Assembly (NCBI GenBank): GCA_964403205.1
Contig: CAYOER010000005.1
Span: 1 to 42,190 of the forward strand
Source: an uncultured Candidatus Saccharibacteria bacterium
GTDB taxonomy: Bacteria > Patescibacteriota > Minisyncoccia > Phycocordibacterales > PALSA-1337
DNA length: 42,190 nucleotides
Direction: 5' to 3'
In this document: one piece after another, positions 8,141 to 17,732 of the stretch
Layout: every line of letters begins with the position of its first letter
Numbering within the stretch: the stretch's first letter is position 1
Translations under genes and position numbers: made by a program
Notes under the pieces: model-generated
The model's input: the letters and a program-made list of their open reading frames with translations, nothing else
Told to the model about the DNA's origin: nothing
Database searches by the model: none

Positions 8141-9907
8141 CTAGACTAGTACTGCCTTGATCCTCCTTATCCCCTGTGCCACGGCTTCTTCTTTTTGTAT
8201 TTTGAATTTCAATTCTTTATTTGGACCAGCTAGCTCTATAGTATTCCCCACATGCGGACCTCCACAGAATTCCTTGGAATATGCATTCTCTAGAGAATTA
8301 CCAATAAAATAAATAGAAACTTCATCACCATATTTATCTCCGAAAGAATGTCTAGCTCCTGTTTTCTCTGCTTCACTTTTATCCATTACTATCATATTCA
8401 TAGGTAGACTTTCTTGTATCTTTTTATTTACGATATCTTCTACTTTTTTCTTCTCTTCATCTGTCATCTTCCTATCTAGGGAGAAGTCGAAACGCAATCT
8501 TTCTTCTGTAATATTCGAGCCCTTCTGCATAACCTTATCACCTAATATATCATGTAATGCCTGATGGAGAATATGAGTAGCCGTATGATATCGTAGAACC
8601 ATTTCATTTTTTGGATCTGCGAGTCCGCCTTTGAACTTCTGCTCTGCGCCGGAACGGGAGAGGGATTGATGTTTCTTCATTTCTTCTTCATATTTCTTTA
8701 TATCTACTTCTATTCCCTTTTCTTTTGCAAGTTCTAGAGTAAGCTCTATTGGGAATCCATAGCTAGAAAATAGGGTAAAAGCATCAGTGCCTCTATTGAA
8801 TTCTCTCAGACCTATCTCCAATGTCTTTTCGAATCTAGCAATTTCTTTTTTTATTTCTTCTTTTATTTTTTCGTCATTTGATTGTACTAATTGAATCAGA
8901 TCAATATCTAACCCTATAACCTTGGAATGCCTTATGGCACGTCTCAATAATCTACGTAGAATATAACCTCTATCTGTATTTGACGGTTCTACTCCATCTC
9001 CTATGAGGAAAGTCGAGGCTTTCAGATGATCTGCTATTATCCTAGCTGATTTCAAATCATATTTTTTAGAACTATTTTTTATCTTATCCATTACTGGTTT
9101 CAATAGATCTGTATCATAGATATTGTCTACTCTCTGCATTACCATAGCTAGTCTCTCTAGCCCTGCACCTGTATCTACAGATGGCTTTGCTAATTTACCA
9201 ATAATTTTCCCATTCTTTTTTTCATATTGCATGAAAACATCATTCCAGATTTCTACAACATCCCGAGCTTCATCTGCTTTAATAAATTCATCATGATGCA
9301 AGCCATTGTTCTTGAATTTATTTAAAATATCATAATACATTTCTGTATCTGGACCGCATGGACCGTTTTCTCCTATCTCCCACCAATTGTTCTTTGCTGG
9401 TAAATAGAAAATTCTATTTCCTGGAATCCTATTTTCTCTAAATATTTTTTTCCAAATATCTGCGGATTCTTCATCTCTCGGAACACTTTCATCTCCTTCA
9501 AAAACAGTAACATAGAGCTGTTCAGGGTTTAGACCTAATCCTTCTTCCTTTGAAGTTAGGAATTCATAACTCCATTTTATTGCATCTTCTTTCCAATAAT
9601 CCCCTAGAGACCAGTTGCCGAGCATTTCGAAAAATGTGGCATGAGTCTTATCCCCTATACCATCTATATCTACTGTGCGTAGACATTTCTGTACATTTAC
9701 TAGTCTTCTGCTACCAGATGGATGTGGAGCACCGAGAAGATATGGCATGAGTGGCTGCATACCAGCAATATTAAATAGTGTGGAATTTGTAATCCCTTTT
9801 TCATCGGATGTTACAAGAGAAGCAGAATCTATAATCCTATGACCCCTTTTCTCAAAGAATTTTAAAAATCGTGAACGGATTTCTGCACTCGACATATTTT
9901 GATTCAT
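8141..9907 (-). CDS. alaS: Alanine--tRNA ligase, short form lacking the C-Ala domain
   Basis: TFFEMLGNWS.GDY, DTGAGLERL, editing-domain HTATH and EFCGGPH; ends at GIRRIKAVLV. Confidence 0.97.
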   Translation of the reverse strand: MNQNMSSAEIRSRFLKFFEKRGHRIIDSASLVTSDEKGITNSTLFNIAGMQPLMPYLLGAPHPSGSRRLVNVQKCLRTVDIDGIGDKTHATFFEMLGNWSLGDYWKEDAIKWSYEFLTSKEEGLGLNPEQLYVTVFEGDESVPRDEESADIWKKIFRENRIPGNRIFYLPAKNNWWEIGENGPCGPDTEMYYDILNKFKNNGLHHDEFIKADEARDVVEIWNDVFMQYEKKNGKIIGKLAKPSVDTGAGLERLAMVMQRVDNIYDTDLLKPVMDKIKNSSKKYDLKSARIIADHLKASTFLIGDGVEPSNTDRGYILRRLLRRAIRHSKVIGLDIDLIQLVQSNDEKIKEEIKKEIARFEKTLEIGLREFNRGTDAFTLFSSYGFPIELTLELAKEKGIEVDIKKYEEEMKKHQSLSRSGAEQKFKGGLADPKNEMVLRYHTATHILHQALHDILGDKVMQKGSNITEERLRFDFSLDRKMTDEEKKKVEDIVNKKIQESLPMNMIVMDKSEAEKTGARHSFGDKYGDEVSIYFIGNSLENAYSKEFCGGPHVGNTIELAGPNKELKFKIQKEEAVAQGIRRIKAVLV

Positions 9908-9933
9908 GGAGAGATTTTATCATAAAATTCAGC

Positions 9934-9962
9934 TTGACTCTAGTCGTTTGGTTTGCTATATT
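9934..9962 (+). promoter_or_regulatory. Sigma70 promoter divergent from alaS
   Basis: TTGACT (9934-9939), 17 bp spacer, TATATT (9957-9962), with TG at 9954-9955. Confidence 0.55.
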
Positions 9963-9968
9963 TTCAAT

Positions 9969-10050
9969 GGTGTTTGGGGAGTACGCTCCTTCACGGCTTT
10001 CAAGCCGTAGCCAAACACTAATAAAGAACCCGCTTTTAAGCGGATTTTTT
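9969..10050 (+). ncRNA. Candidate ~80-nt small RNA (three-way junction plus terminator)
   Basis: Closing stem 9969-9977/10011-10019, hairpins GGAG-tacg-CTCC and ACGGCT-ttca-AGCCGT, then CCGCT-ttta-AGCGG and T6. Confidence 0.5.
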
Positions 10051-10053
10051 ATT

Positions 10054-10081
10054 AAAAAACCAGCGTCCATTGCGGACGCTG
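10054..10081 (-). terminator. Intrinsic terminator of the minus-strand membrane-protein gene
   Basis: Perfect 8-bp stem CAGCGTCC/GGACGCTG followed by T6 on the minus strand. Confidence 0.7.
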
Positions 10082-10104
10082 TTTGAAATTCTGATGCTCA
10101 TTCC

Positions 10105-10515
10105 CTACTTGGAGGAAACGGTGTTGGTGGTTTGGCTGGTGGTAGAAGGTGTAAGGGGTAGAAGAGTTTTGCCATCCCATCTTACCATCGTCCCATTCTC
10201 AAAAGAGAGAAGAAAACTTCCTATGTCAAATCGAAGGGCTCTCAAAGAACCATTTGGACACCTAATGATAATCACAGATTCCAAACTCGTAGTCTTTACT
10301 TGTCCGACGAATTCATAATAAGTTCCTTCACTAAGATTACGATCCATGTCCCCAATTCTTCCCATCGCCGCATAAAAACATAATACTATAACGAAGATAC
10401 CGAGCACAAGACCAATTATAACAGCCCCAGATCTTGCTTTATTGTCTGAAAGAGATGCAATAATCATAATCATAAAGATCACGAGAATGATTCCAAATGA
10501 CAAGTAGTAGTTCAT
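10105..10515 (-). CDS. Hypothetical membrane protein (two N-terminal TM helices)
   Basis: ORF track 10105..10578; the ATG at 10515 (MNYYLSFG) is preferred because GGAAAGGGA precedes it. Confidence 0.65.
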   Translation of the reverse strand: MNYYLSFGIILVIFMIMIIASLSDNKARSGAVIIGLVLGIFVIVLCFYAAMGRIGDMDRNLSEGTYYEFVGQVKTTSLESVIIIRCPNGSLRALRFDIGSFLLSFENGTMVRWDGKTLLPLTPSTTSQTTNTVSSK

Positions 10516-10624
10516 AATAAGATCCCTTTCCATCAATGTTCTTGCTACAACCTCACCCCAAAAGGGTTGAAAAAGCATGGTTTGTTCAGGTTGTTCTAAC
10601 TAAAAATAGTATACTATAATCAAC

Positions 10625-12406
10625 CTATTTCGTCAATCTCTCCAATCTCTCTATATCCCTCTCTATCTGCCCTAATCCCTCTTTCCATATTTCCCCAGAA
10701 CGTACATCTATACCTATTTCTTCCAATATCTCCTCCGGTCTTGCCTTCCCTCCTGCCTCTAGGAATTTCTCTATTGATTTCCAGAAACTTTTATCTTTAT
10801 AATATTTTGAAATAAGTGCCTTGCTGACTAGCTGACCATAAGCATAGGTATAGACATAGAAGAAATTCCGTATATGACTCCAATGTACAAAGAAATATCC
10901 ATCATCTTCTCCTATATCAAATAGTGGACCGAGATATGCTTTCATATTTTTATTGTGAATTTCCACTATTTCTTCTTTTGAAATATATCCTCTCTCACGA
11001 ATAGTATTATGTAATTCTAATTCAAAATTGAAACATGCTATTTGACGGAAAATAGTAGAAATATCATCATTTATTTTATCGTGTAATACTATTATTTGCT
11101 CTTTTGGAGATAATTTCTCTAATACGGCATCGAGGGCAATAGTTTCGAAAAGTGTACTTGCAGTCTCTGCTAGAGATAATGAATAAGAATGATAGAGTAT
11201 GCCCTGCTTTTTCGAAAGTTCAGTATGGAAAGCATGACCCATCTCATGAGTAAAGGTAGTGAATGAATGTAGATCATCTATATGATTCAATAATACGAAA
11301 GTCGGTCTCTTATATGAACCAGAGCAATACGCTCCACCAGTTTTACCAATTTTCGGATATACATCTATCTGGCCATTATTTATATAATTATCTAGAATAT
11401 TTACGAATCTATTATCAATACCAGCTAGAATATCTCTGAAAATCTTCAATGAATTTTCAAAAGAAAAAGTAGTTTTTATCTTACCTATCTTTGCGACTCT
11501 ATCATAATATCCGAGTCTTTTCTGTTTCAATAATCTGGCTTTTAATTTATAAAATCTTTTAGAAATATGAAAACTATTGGTAACAGTTTCTCTCAGATCC
11601 TCAACAACTCCCATATCATTTTCACAGCTGACTATCCTACCTTCATAAGGTTTAGTATATCCTCTGAGTTCATCATTTACTTTTTCATTATTCATAATAG
11701 CGTTTATTTCTGCTTCGGAGAATGATGCTACATCTTTTAATACTATAGTGATAGCCTTTGATAATTCTTTCCTTTGTGAGCTTTTCCCTAAACTTTGTAC
11801 CATATCTAGTGCTTTAGCAATAGGTAACATTTCTCCTTTATATTTGACTGTTCTGGCATTCAATATTCTTTCATTTCCAGAAACCCACATATCATATGAT
11901 GTTTGGGATTTCAAACTCATTATTTTCTCTTCTTGTATAGAAAGATGGTACTTTGCTGTATCGAATACACTTTTAAGAAAAAAGTGAAAATGCTTTAATC
12001 TCTGACTTTCTAGAAAGATCTTCTGCATATCTTTCTCTATTTTACCTATAGAGATAATGAAAAAAGTCATTTTATTACCAATCTTCGTAAGACGATTTCC
12101 TAATAGTTCTAGCTTCGCTGTTGCAGTCTTGTCACTTGCATCTAGAGATTGGATAAAAGAAAAATATGACATCACATCTATATCGTTCTTCTCATTCAAT
12201 TTTTCATAATCATTCAGAGCTTCTAGAAGAAGATTCTCATCTCTGAGATAATTCTTTTCAGTAATATCATATTTAGTAACAAAATCATCTATATCTTTCT
12301 CTATATTGACTATATCCTTCTCTATTTGTGGATCATTGTAGCCTTTATAGAGAAGTTTCAAATTCCATTTTATATTTATTTTTGTTTTTTCTTTTTTAGC
12401 TTTCAT
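10625..12406 (-). CDS. pepF: M3 family oligoendopeptidase F
   Basis: WNLKLLY, GKTGGAYC, HEMGH zinc motif, AETAS and FYVYTYA. Confidence 0.92.
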   Translation of the reverse strand: MKAKKEKTKINIKWNLKLLYKGYNDPQIEKDIVNIEKDIDDFVTKYDITEKNYLRDENLLLEALNDYEKLNEKNDIDVMSYFSFIQSLDASDKTATAKLELLGNRLTKIGNKMTFFIISIGKIEKDMQKIFLESQRLKHFHFFLKSVFDTAKYHLSIQEEKIMSLKSQTSYDMWVSGNERILNARTVKYKGEMLPIAKALDMVQSLGKSSQRKELSKAITIVLKDVASFSEAEINAIMNNEKVNDELRGYTKPYEGRIVSCENDMGVVEDLRETVTNSFHISKRFYKLKARLLKQKRLGYYDRVAKIGKIKTTFSFENSLKIFRDILAGIDNRFVNILDNYINNGQIDVYPKIGKTGGAYCSGSYKRPTFVLLNHIDDLHSFTTFTHEMGHAFHTELSKKQGILYHSYSLSLAETASTLFETIALDAVLEKLSPKEQIIVLHDKINDDISTIFRQIACFNFELELHNTIRERGYISKEEIVEIHNKNMKAYLGPLFDIGEDDGYFFVHWSHIRNFFYVYTYAYGQLVSKALISKYYKDKSFWKSIEKFLEAGGKARPEEILEEIGIDVRSGEIWKEGLGQIERDIERLERLTK

Positions 12407-12996
12407 ATATAATTTTTAAGTATTAAAAAATCTTCTTTCAATTTACCTATATTATTAGGATTATATACTGCCACACATGGATGGTATAAAGCAACAATAT
12501 CTATTGGTCCATAGGAAGCCATGCTTTTATAGGATTTACCATGAGCTTTGCCTATTGGCTCTAGTTCTAGATCCATATCGAATTTATTCATAATATAACC
12601 TAGAGCATATCGTCCGAGAGTAGCTATAACCTTGGGCTGTATTATTTCTATCTGTCTATCTAGAAATGGTCCATAGATTTCTATTTCTTTTGCTGATGGA
12701 TCCCTATTCTCTGGTGGTCTATCCTTCACAATATTTGTAATATAAATATCTTTTCTTTCTATTCCGACATGTGAAAGTAGCGTATCTAGTACTTTACCTG
12801 CTGTACCACAGAATGGTTTGCCAGTCTTTGCCTCATTCCTCCCTGGTGCCTCGCCTATAAATATTATTTTTGCATTATGATTACCCTCTCCAATAACAGG
12901 AAAATATCCATTGGAGGTTCTATATTCATACAGTGGGGATTTCTTTAGAATAAGTATTTCATCCCTTATCTTTTTCATTTCATCAGTTCTTGACAT
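12403..12996 (-). CDS. Uracil-DNA glycosylase, family 4
   Basis: IGEAPG..E..TGKPF.G.AG, YITNIVK.RPPENRDP and YHP motifs. Confidence 0.93.
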   Translation of the reverse strand: MSRTDEMKKIRDEILILKKSPLYEYRTSNGYFPVIGEGNHNAKIIFIGEAPGRNEAKTGKPFCGTAGKVLDTLLSHVGIERKDIYITNIVKDRPPENRDPSAKEIEIYGPFLDRQIEIIQPKVIATLGRYALGYIMNKFDMDLELEPIGKAHGKSYKSMASYGPIDIVALYHPCVAVYNPNNIGKLKEDFLILKNYI

Positions 12997-13008
12997 AGTC
13001 TATTTTTT

Positions 13009-13854
13009 CTATTTCCCGCTATTTATTATAATATTTGCTTCTGAAATTATTTCTTTTATTTTCATCTTCTCTATTCCTAGAGTATCTAGTAGACTCGGAT
13101 CATCTAGTAGATCTGCGCATATTAGTATACCTCTGTCTATCAAATCTCTTTTATTTTGATTTGTAAATAAAGAGATACTGGTAATAGGTTGTAGTTTGTA
13201 TTCAGTGATAATATCATGTAGATTACCTCTAAGAGGATAATTCCAACCAATTAATTTTAAATCCTGACATTTGCTGTATTGTATTGCTTTATCTGTAAAT
13301 TTTGTATTTGTAAATATATATTTCTCTGTAAGCCTCCTTTCTTTATGGCCAAAATTAAAAACTTTCTTTGAAAGATCATCATAACGAGCTTTGACATATA
13401 GCACTACTTTGAGGTCGCTCTTCATACCAAATTCATTGTGGAATTTTGCCTCTACCATAGCTAGTTCATTACCCCTCCATGCTACTACATCTATTTCATG
13501 TTCTACACAAGAACCGACTATTATCTGATCAGTTATAGTCTCATATCCCCAGGTATTGAATATTCTGGCTACAAATCTCTCAAATGGGAATCCATCTGGA
13601 CCTAACTCACCTATAGCTCTACGTAGAGAATACTTTACCGCTATTGGTACAGAATGATTGCGGAGTAGATCAAAGGCATGCTTATAAATATCCGATGTGG
13701 TCATACCATCACGGATTTCATCATTTATATGTTTAACAATTCCATTTACTATATCATTGCTACCACCGGCATTACGTAGAGAATGGAAAAGCTTCTGCTT
13801 GTCGAAAACTTCCTTCTGACCATTGGCTTTGGTAATAGTTATAACTCTCTCCAT
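13009..13854 (-). CDS. ATP-cone domain fused to an Mrr-like PD-(D/E)XK nuclease domain
   Basis: ITKANGQKEVFD..KL..SL (ATP cone); FERFVA, HEIDVVA and VEAK nuclease motifs. Confidence 0.8.
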   Translation of the reverse strand: MERVITITKANGQKEVFDKQKLFHSLRNAGGSNDIVNGIVKHINDEIRDGMTTSDIYKHAFDLLRNHSVPIAVKYSLRRAIGELGPDGFPFERFVARIFNTWGYETITDQIIVGSCVEHEIDVVAWRGNELAMVEAKFHNEFGMKSDLKVVLYVKARYDDLSKKVFNFGHKERRLTEKYIFTNTKFTDKAIQYSKCQDLKLIGWNYPLRGNLHDIITEYKLQPITSISLFTNQNKRDLIDRGILICADLLDDPSLLDTLGIEKMKIKEIISEANIIINSGK

Positions 13855-13861
13855 ACAGAGA

Positions 13862-14938
13862 TTATACTATAATCCCGCCACCTACGCATATATCCCCATC
13901 GTATATTACTAGACTCTGTCCAGAAGAAAGAGTGTATTGTGGTCTTTCGAACTCTATAGTAGATTCGTCTTTTACTTTTATTTTATCCAATATTTGTCTA
14001 TATCTAGATCTAGCTTCTAAACTGATACCGAACTTTGGCTTTTTATTTATCCAATTTATATTTTTCAATATTATTTCTTTTTTACCATTTACTATTTCAT
14101 CCATATCATTCTTATTGGATACAGTTATAGTATTCTTATCTATATCTTTTGAAATTATATAATATGGGAGATCATTGGGAGTTTTCTCTGTAATTATAAA
14201 CCCATGTCTTTCCCCTATAGTATAAAGAAAAGATCCACTATGATAACCTATAATATTTCCATTTATATCCAATACATTACCTTTCTTGGGAATAATATAA
14301 TGAGAAAGAAAATCCTTTATATCTATTTTACCGATAAAGCATATTCCCTGACTATCCTTTTTCTCTGCAGTATAGAGTTTCAATCTTTTTGCTATTTTCC
14401 TAACTTCTGGTTTCTCTAGATTTCCAACTGGGAAGAGAATATGATTCATCTGATCCTTCTTCAATGTCCATAGGAAATAACTTTGATCTTTATTCTTATC
14501 ATTTCCCATTTTGAGATTACCATTATCTATCTGTGCATAGTGCCCAGTAGCGACATAGTCTGCTCCATTCTCCATAGCCCAATTATAAAAAGCACCGAAC
14601 TTCACATGAGAATTACACATAATATCAGGATTAGGTGTTCTTCCTGCCTTATATTCTTCTATCATATAGTCCACAACTTCTTTCTTATATTCTTTCTCTA
14701 GATCAAGAGTGATAAAAGGTATATTGAGATCAAGCGCTACACGCATTGCATCTATCCTATCTTCTCTAGCAGTACAGGGTAGCCAGTCTGGTTGCCAGAC
14801 CTTTATGAAGACCCCTGTGACATTATAACCAGCTTCCTGTAGCAATGCCGCAGATACAGAGCTATCTACTCCGCCAGACATGCCGACAAAAACTTTCTTT
14901 GACTTATTCTCTACCTTTTTTCCTACTTGACTTTTCAT
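13862..14938 (-). CDS. mnmA: tRNA-specific 2-thiouridylase MnmA
   Basis: GMSGGVDSS, TPNPDIMCN, ATGHYA, KDQSYFL and KDSQGICFIG. Confidence 0.97.
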   Translation of the reverse strand: MKSQVGKKVENKSKKVFVGMSGGVDSSVSAALLQEAGYNVTGVFIKVWQPDWLPCTAREDRIDAMRVALDLNIPFITLDLEKEYKKEVVDYMIEEYKAGRTPNPDIMCNSHVKFGAFYNWAMENGADYVATGHYAQIDNGNLKMGNDKNKDQSYFLWTLKKDQMNHILFPVGNLEKPEVRKIAKRLKLYTAEKKDSQGICFIGKIDIKDFLSHYIIPKKGNVLDINGNIIGYHSGSFLYTIGERHGFIITEKTPNDLPYYIISKDIDKNTITVSNKNDMDEIVNGKKEIILKNINWINKKPKFGISLEARSRYRQILDKIKVKDESTIEFERPQYTLSSGQSLVIYDGDICVGGGIIV

Positions 14939-15015
14939 ATATATATGATATCATATTTAACAGATTAAGACAACAACAAACCCCTAGTACCGCAGAAAAG
15001 CGAGGAAAGCTAAAA

Positions 15016-15378
15016 ATGAAAATCTTAGTAGTAGACGACGAAGAATGCAATAGAGAAATCTGTTCCGGTATCATCAAAAGATTTGGAGGCCACGAAGTGA
15101 TGTGTGCTAAAGATGGGTATGAAGCCATGGAAACCCTCAGACAAAATGCAGACATCGACCTGGTCGTTAGTGATATCGACATGCCCAGACTTGACGGGTT
15201 TGGTCTTATGGAAGAGATGACCAAACTTGGTCACAAAGCACGAAGACTCATTATGACTGGACTCCTCCATGAGGAAAGAGTTGTCCGTGGAAAACAGCTT
15301 GGAGCAGAAAGAGTCTTTAAGAAATTTGATTTCATGGATGTATTCAAAGAGTTAGGGATCATAGTCACGAAAATGTAA
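15016..15378 (+). CDS. Stand-alone response regulator receiver (CheY-like)
   Basis: MKILVVDD, DLVVSDIDMP.LDG and IMTG; GAGGA upstream of the ATG at 15016 (ORF track start 14845 overlaps mnmA). Confidence 0.9.
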   Translation: MKILVVDDEECNREICSGIIKRFGGHEVMCAKDGYEAMETLRQNADIDLVVSDIDMPRLDGFGLMEEMTKLGHKARRLIMTGLLHEERVVRGKQLGAERVFKKFDFMDVFKELGIIVTKM

Positions 15379-15399
15379 CTAACTCTCACTCCCATTTTT

Positions 15400-15437
15400 A
15401 GAACCCCTAGCGTCCTATCCGCTTCGGGTTCTTTTTT
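15400..15437 (+). terminator. Intrinsic terminator after the receiver gene
   Basis: AGAACCC...GGGTTCT stem followed by a T-run. Confidence 0.6.
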
Positions 15438-15463
15438 ATTTTATTTATTATTTCTATATAAAC

Positions 15464-16429
15464 TTATTTCAAATACTTCCTCTTATTTTCTAAATGCCCT
15501 TTATAGTCAACAGCATAATGCGTCTCCCCTTCCTTATCAGATAAATAATAATAATATTTACTAGATTTCGGATTTATAGCTGATAGTATTGCATCCGTAC
15601 TCGGATTAGATATCGGACCTTTTGGCAAACCTTTATATTTATAAGTATTATATGGTGAATCTATTTTCGTATCTGCGATAGATACAGATATTCTCGAAGT
15701 AATATAAATAATAGAAACATCTACTTGTAATGGTATATTCTCATCTAAACGTTTCCATAGAATACCAGATATCATACGACGATCTTCTTTATCACTTGCC
15801 TCTTTTTCTATTATAGATGCCATAATTATTATATCCTCTTTCTTCCTACCAGAAAGAATAATATTTGGCATTATAGAGGTAATCTTGGAATCAAATGCAT
15901 CTCTCAGAGTATCAAATACTGTTAAAGCATTCACATTTGTATAGAAGAAATATGTATCAGGAAAAAGATAACCTTCTGATGTACTAGCGATATTCATAAA
16001 AGCTTTTTTATCAAAGCTTTTTATTCTTTTTGATATTATATTGGCAATACTATAAACAGTTATACCTTCAGGAATTGTAATCTTTACTTTCGATAATCCA
16101 TGCTCACCCTTTATCATTCTATATGCAATAGTTATTGAGCTCTGCTTATTTTTGAATATATAATCCCCTGCCAATATTTTATCCTGTCCACCCATAAGTA
16201 CAGTTTCTACAATGAAAAGTAGGGGTGACTTTATAATACCTTTTTCATCCAAAATTTTTGCGATTCCAGATAGACCTGTATTCTTTGGAATATTAATCTC
16301 TATGCCCTTGGGAAAATCCTTTGGAGGTAAAGATAAAATTATTATAATTAATACTATAGATAAAATTATAAATATAAATATTCTGAGTAATAAGAATTTT
16401 TTACTGTTTAATAATTCGAAAGATATCAT
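15464..16429 (-). CDS. mltG: Endolytic transglycosylase MltG
   Basis: N-terminal TM, ITIPEG, EGYLFPDTY, MASIIEKE and SPYNTY..GLP.GPISNP. Confidence 0.95.
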   Translation of the reverse strand: MISFELLNSKKFLLLRIFIFIILSIVLIIIILSLPPKDFPKGIEINIPKNTGLSGIAKILDEKGIIKSPLLFIVETVLMGGQDKILAGDYIFKNKQSSITIAYRMIKGEHGLSKVKITIPEGITVYSIANIISKRIKSFDKKAFMNIASTSEGYLFPDTYFFYTNVNALTVFDTLRDAFDSKITSIMPNIILSGRKKEDIIIMASIIEKEASDKEDRRMISGILWKRLDENIPLQVDVSIIYITSRISVSIADTKIDSPYNTYKYKGLPKGPISNPSTDAILSAINPKSSKYYYYLSDKEGETHYAVDYKGHLENKRKYLK

Positions 16430-17706
16430 ATAGGGAGATTTGCTGGAGCACCGGATTTCTTCGAAGGTAGTCTATCTAGAGTAGGGGTAAGAGCAGCTGC
16501 ACCTGGGAAATGATATATAGTAGCGAGTTCCTCAGTATTCAATATTAACTGTTTACCACCATCAAATGGCGGATAGAAGAAGGATCGCATCTTGTATGCT
16601 AGAAGTCCGCCTTTGAGAGCTCTGGTCTTCCTAATATCTTTGAAATCTTGCCAAGGGAACTTTAGCGGTCCTGTCCACATATCACCATTTGGTCGAAAAC
16701 CATTGAGATGTTCAGTATTGAATTGCTTCATACTACTTATGAGTCCACCCATACCAAATGGAGTATTGTATGACTCTCTTTTGCCAAAATATACCGTACG
16801 AATACCAACGTCGAAAGGTAATTTCGTAATACTTCTATCGAGTGCTACCACTATATCTTTTTCCCCTTCTGATAGTGTCGGTGGAGTAGTTCTACCAGAT
16901 ACTTTATCCAATTTACCTGCAATCTTAGTTTTTGTATCTCGCATCATTATTTTATTTTTCAATTCTTCAGCTTTATCTTTCCAGCTATCTGTCTTACCAA
17001 AGAGTGTACCGAGTTTCTTCTGCTCTGCTTTATGAGCTCTCACGATAAATTGCATCCATACTTGCTGATTGGGTCCTACACTACCGAGGAATTCTAATAC
17101 TGGTATTAGAGGATCTACCTTGAACTCTTCCTTTGGATCTTTATCTAATCCATAATCAATATATGTTTTTATAGGATATGGATCGTCTTTGGTAAATTTG
17201 AATTCACCTATCCACATTTTCATAGTTTTCGGATCATATTGAATGCCTTTTGTATAATCCTCAACTTCATTTATTTCTATTCCAGGAAACTGTGCATAGA
17301 GAGCAGACATGAGACCGATCTTCCTCTGATCTTCAGTCCATATCATGAACTTCACTCTACCTTCTACAGAGATAAGCTCCAGAGAATACCATGGTCTAGT
17401 CTCACCTTTTAGATATACTGCAGGCCATTCTCCATCAGAGGTATTGTGTATAGAATGTAAGAAAAGTTCCATGGCTTTTGGGGATTTTGCTATTTCCTTT
17501 GGTAGCTTTACCTCTACTACCACATATTTCATTTTGAAAAAATTCTTAGCACGAATATAGGCAAGCCATAATGGCCAGAATATAATACCGAGCATTATTG
17601 TAAGTGTCGGAATAGATAATAGAGTTATAAAGCCCCAAGCTATAGGGAAAAGAGTGTTATTGAACTCTGTAAATAGATATGGAAAATAATCTCCAAAGCG
17701 CATCAT
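16426..17706 (-). CDS. Hypothetical membrane protein
   Basis: 426-aa ORF with an N-terminal TM, KSPKAMELF and ILNTEELATIYHFP; overlaps the mltG start; function unknown. Confidence 0.75.
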   Translation of the reverse strand: MMRFGDYFPYLFTEFNNTLFPIAWGFITLLSIPTLTIMLGIIFWPLWLAYIRAKNFFKMKYVVVEVKLPKEIAKSPKAMELFLHSIHNTSDGEWPAVYLKGETRPWYSLELISVEGRVKFMIWTEDQRKIGLMSALYAQFPGIEINEVEDYTKGIQYDPKTMKMWIGEFKFTKDDPYPIKTYIDYGLDKDPKEEFKVDPLIPVLEFLGSVGPNQQVWMQFIVRAHKAEQKKLGTLFGKTDSWKDKAEELKNKIMMRDTKTKIAGKLDKVSGRTTPPTLSEGEKDIVVALDRSITKLPFDVGIRTVYFGKRESYNTPFGMGGLISSMKQFNTEHLNGFRPNGDMWTGPLKFPWQDFKDIRKTRALKGGLLAYKMRSFFYPPFDGGKQLILNTEELATIYHFPGAAALTPTLDRLPSKKSGAPANLPI

Positions 17707-17732
17707 TGCTTATATTATAGCACTGATTTTAT

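Noticed and set aside
9910-10081. T-box riboswitch or tRNA upstream of alaS
   Set aside because: No T-box consensus or cloverleaf; alaS appears to have its -10 box directly before the ATG.
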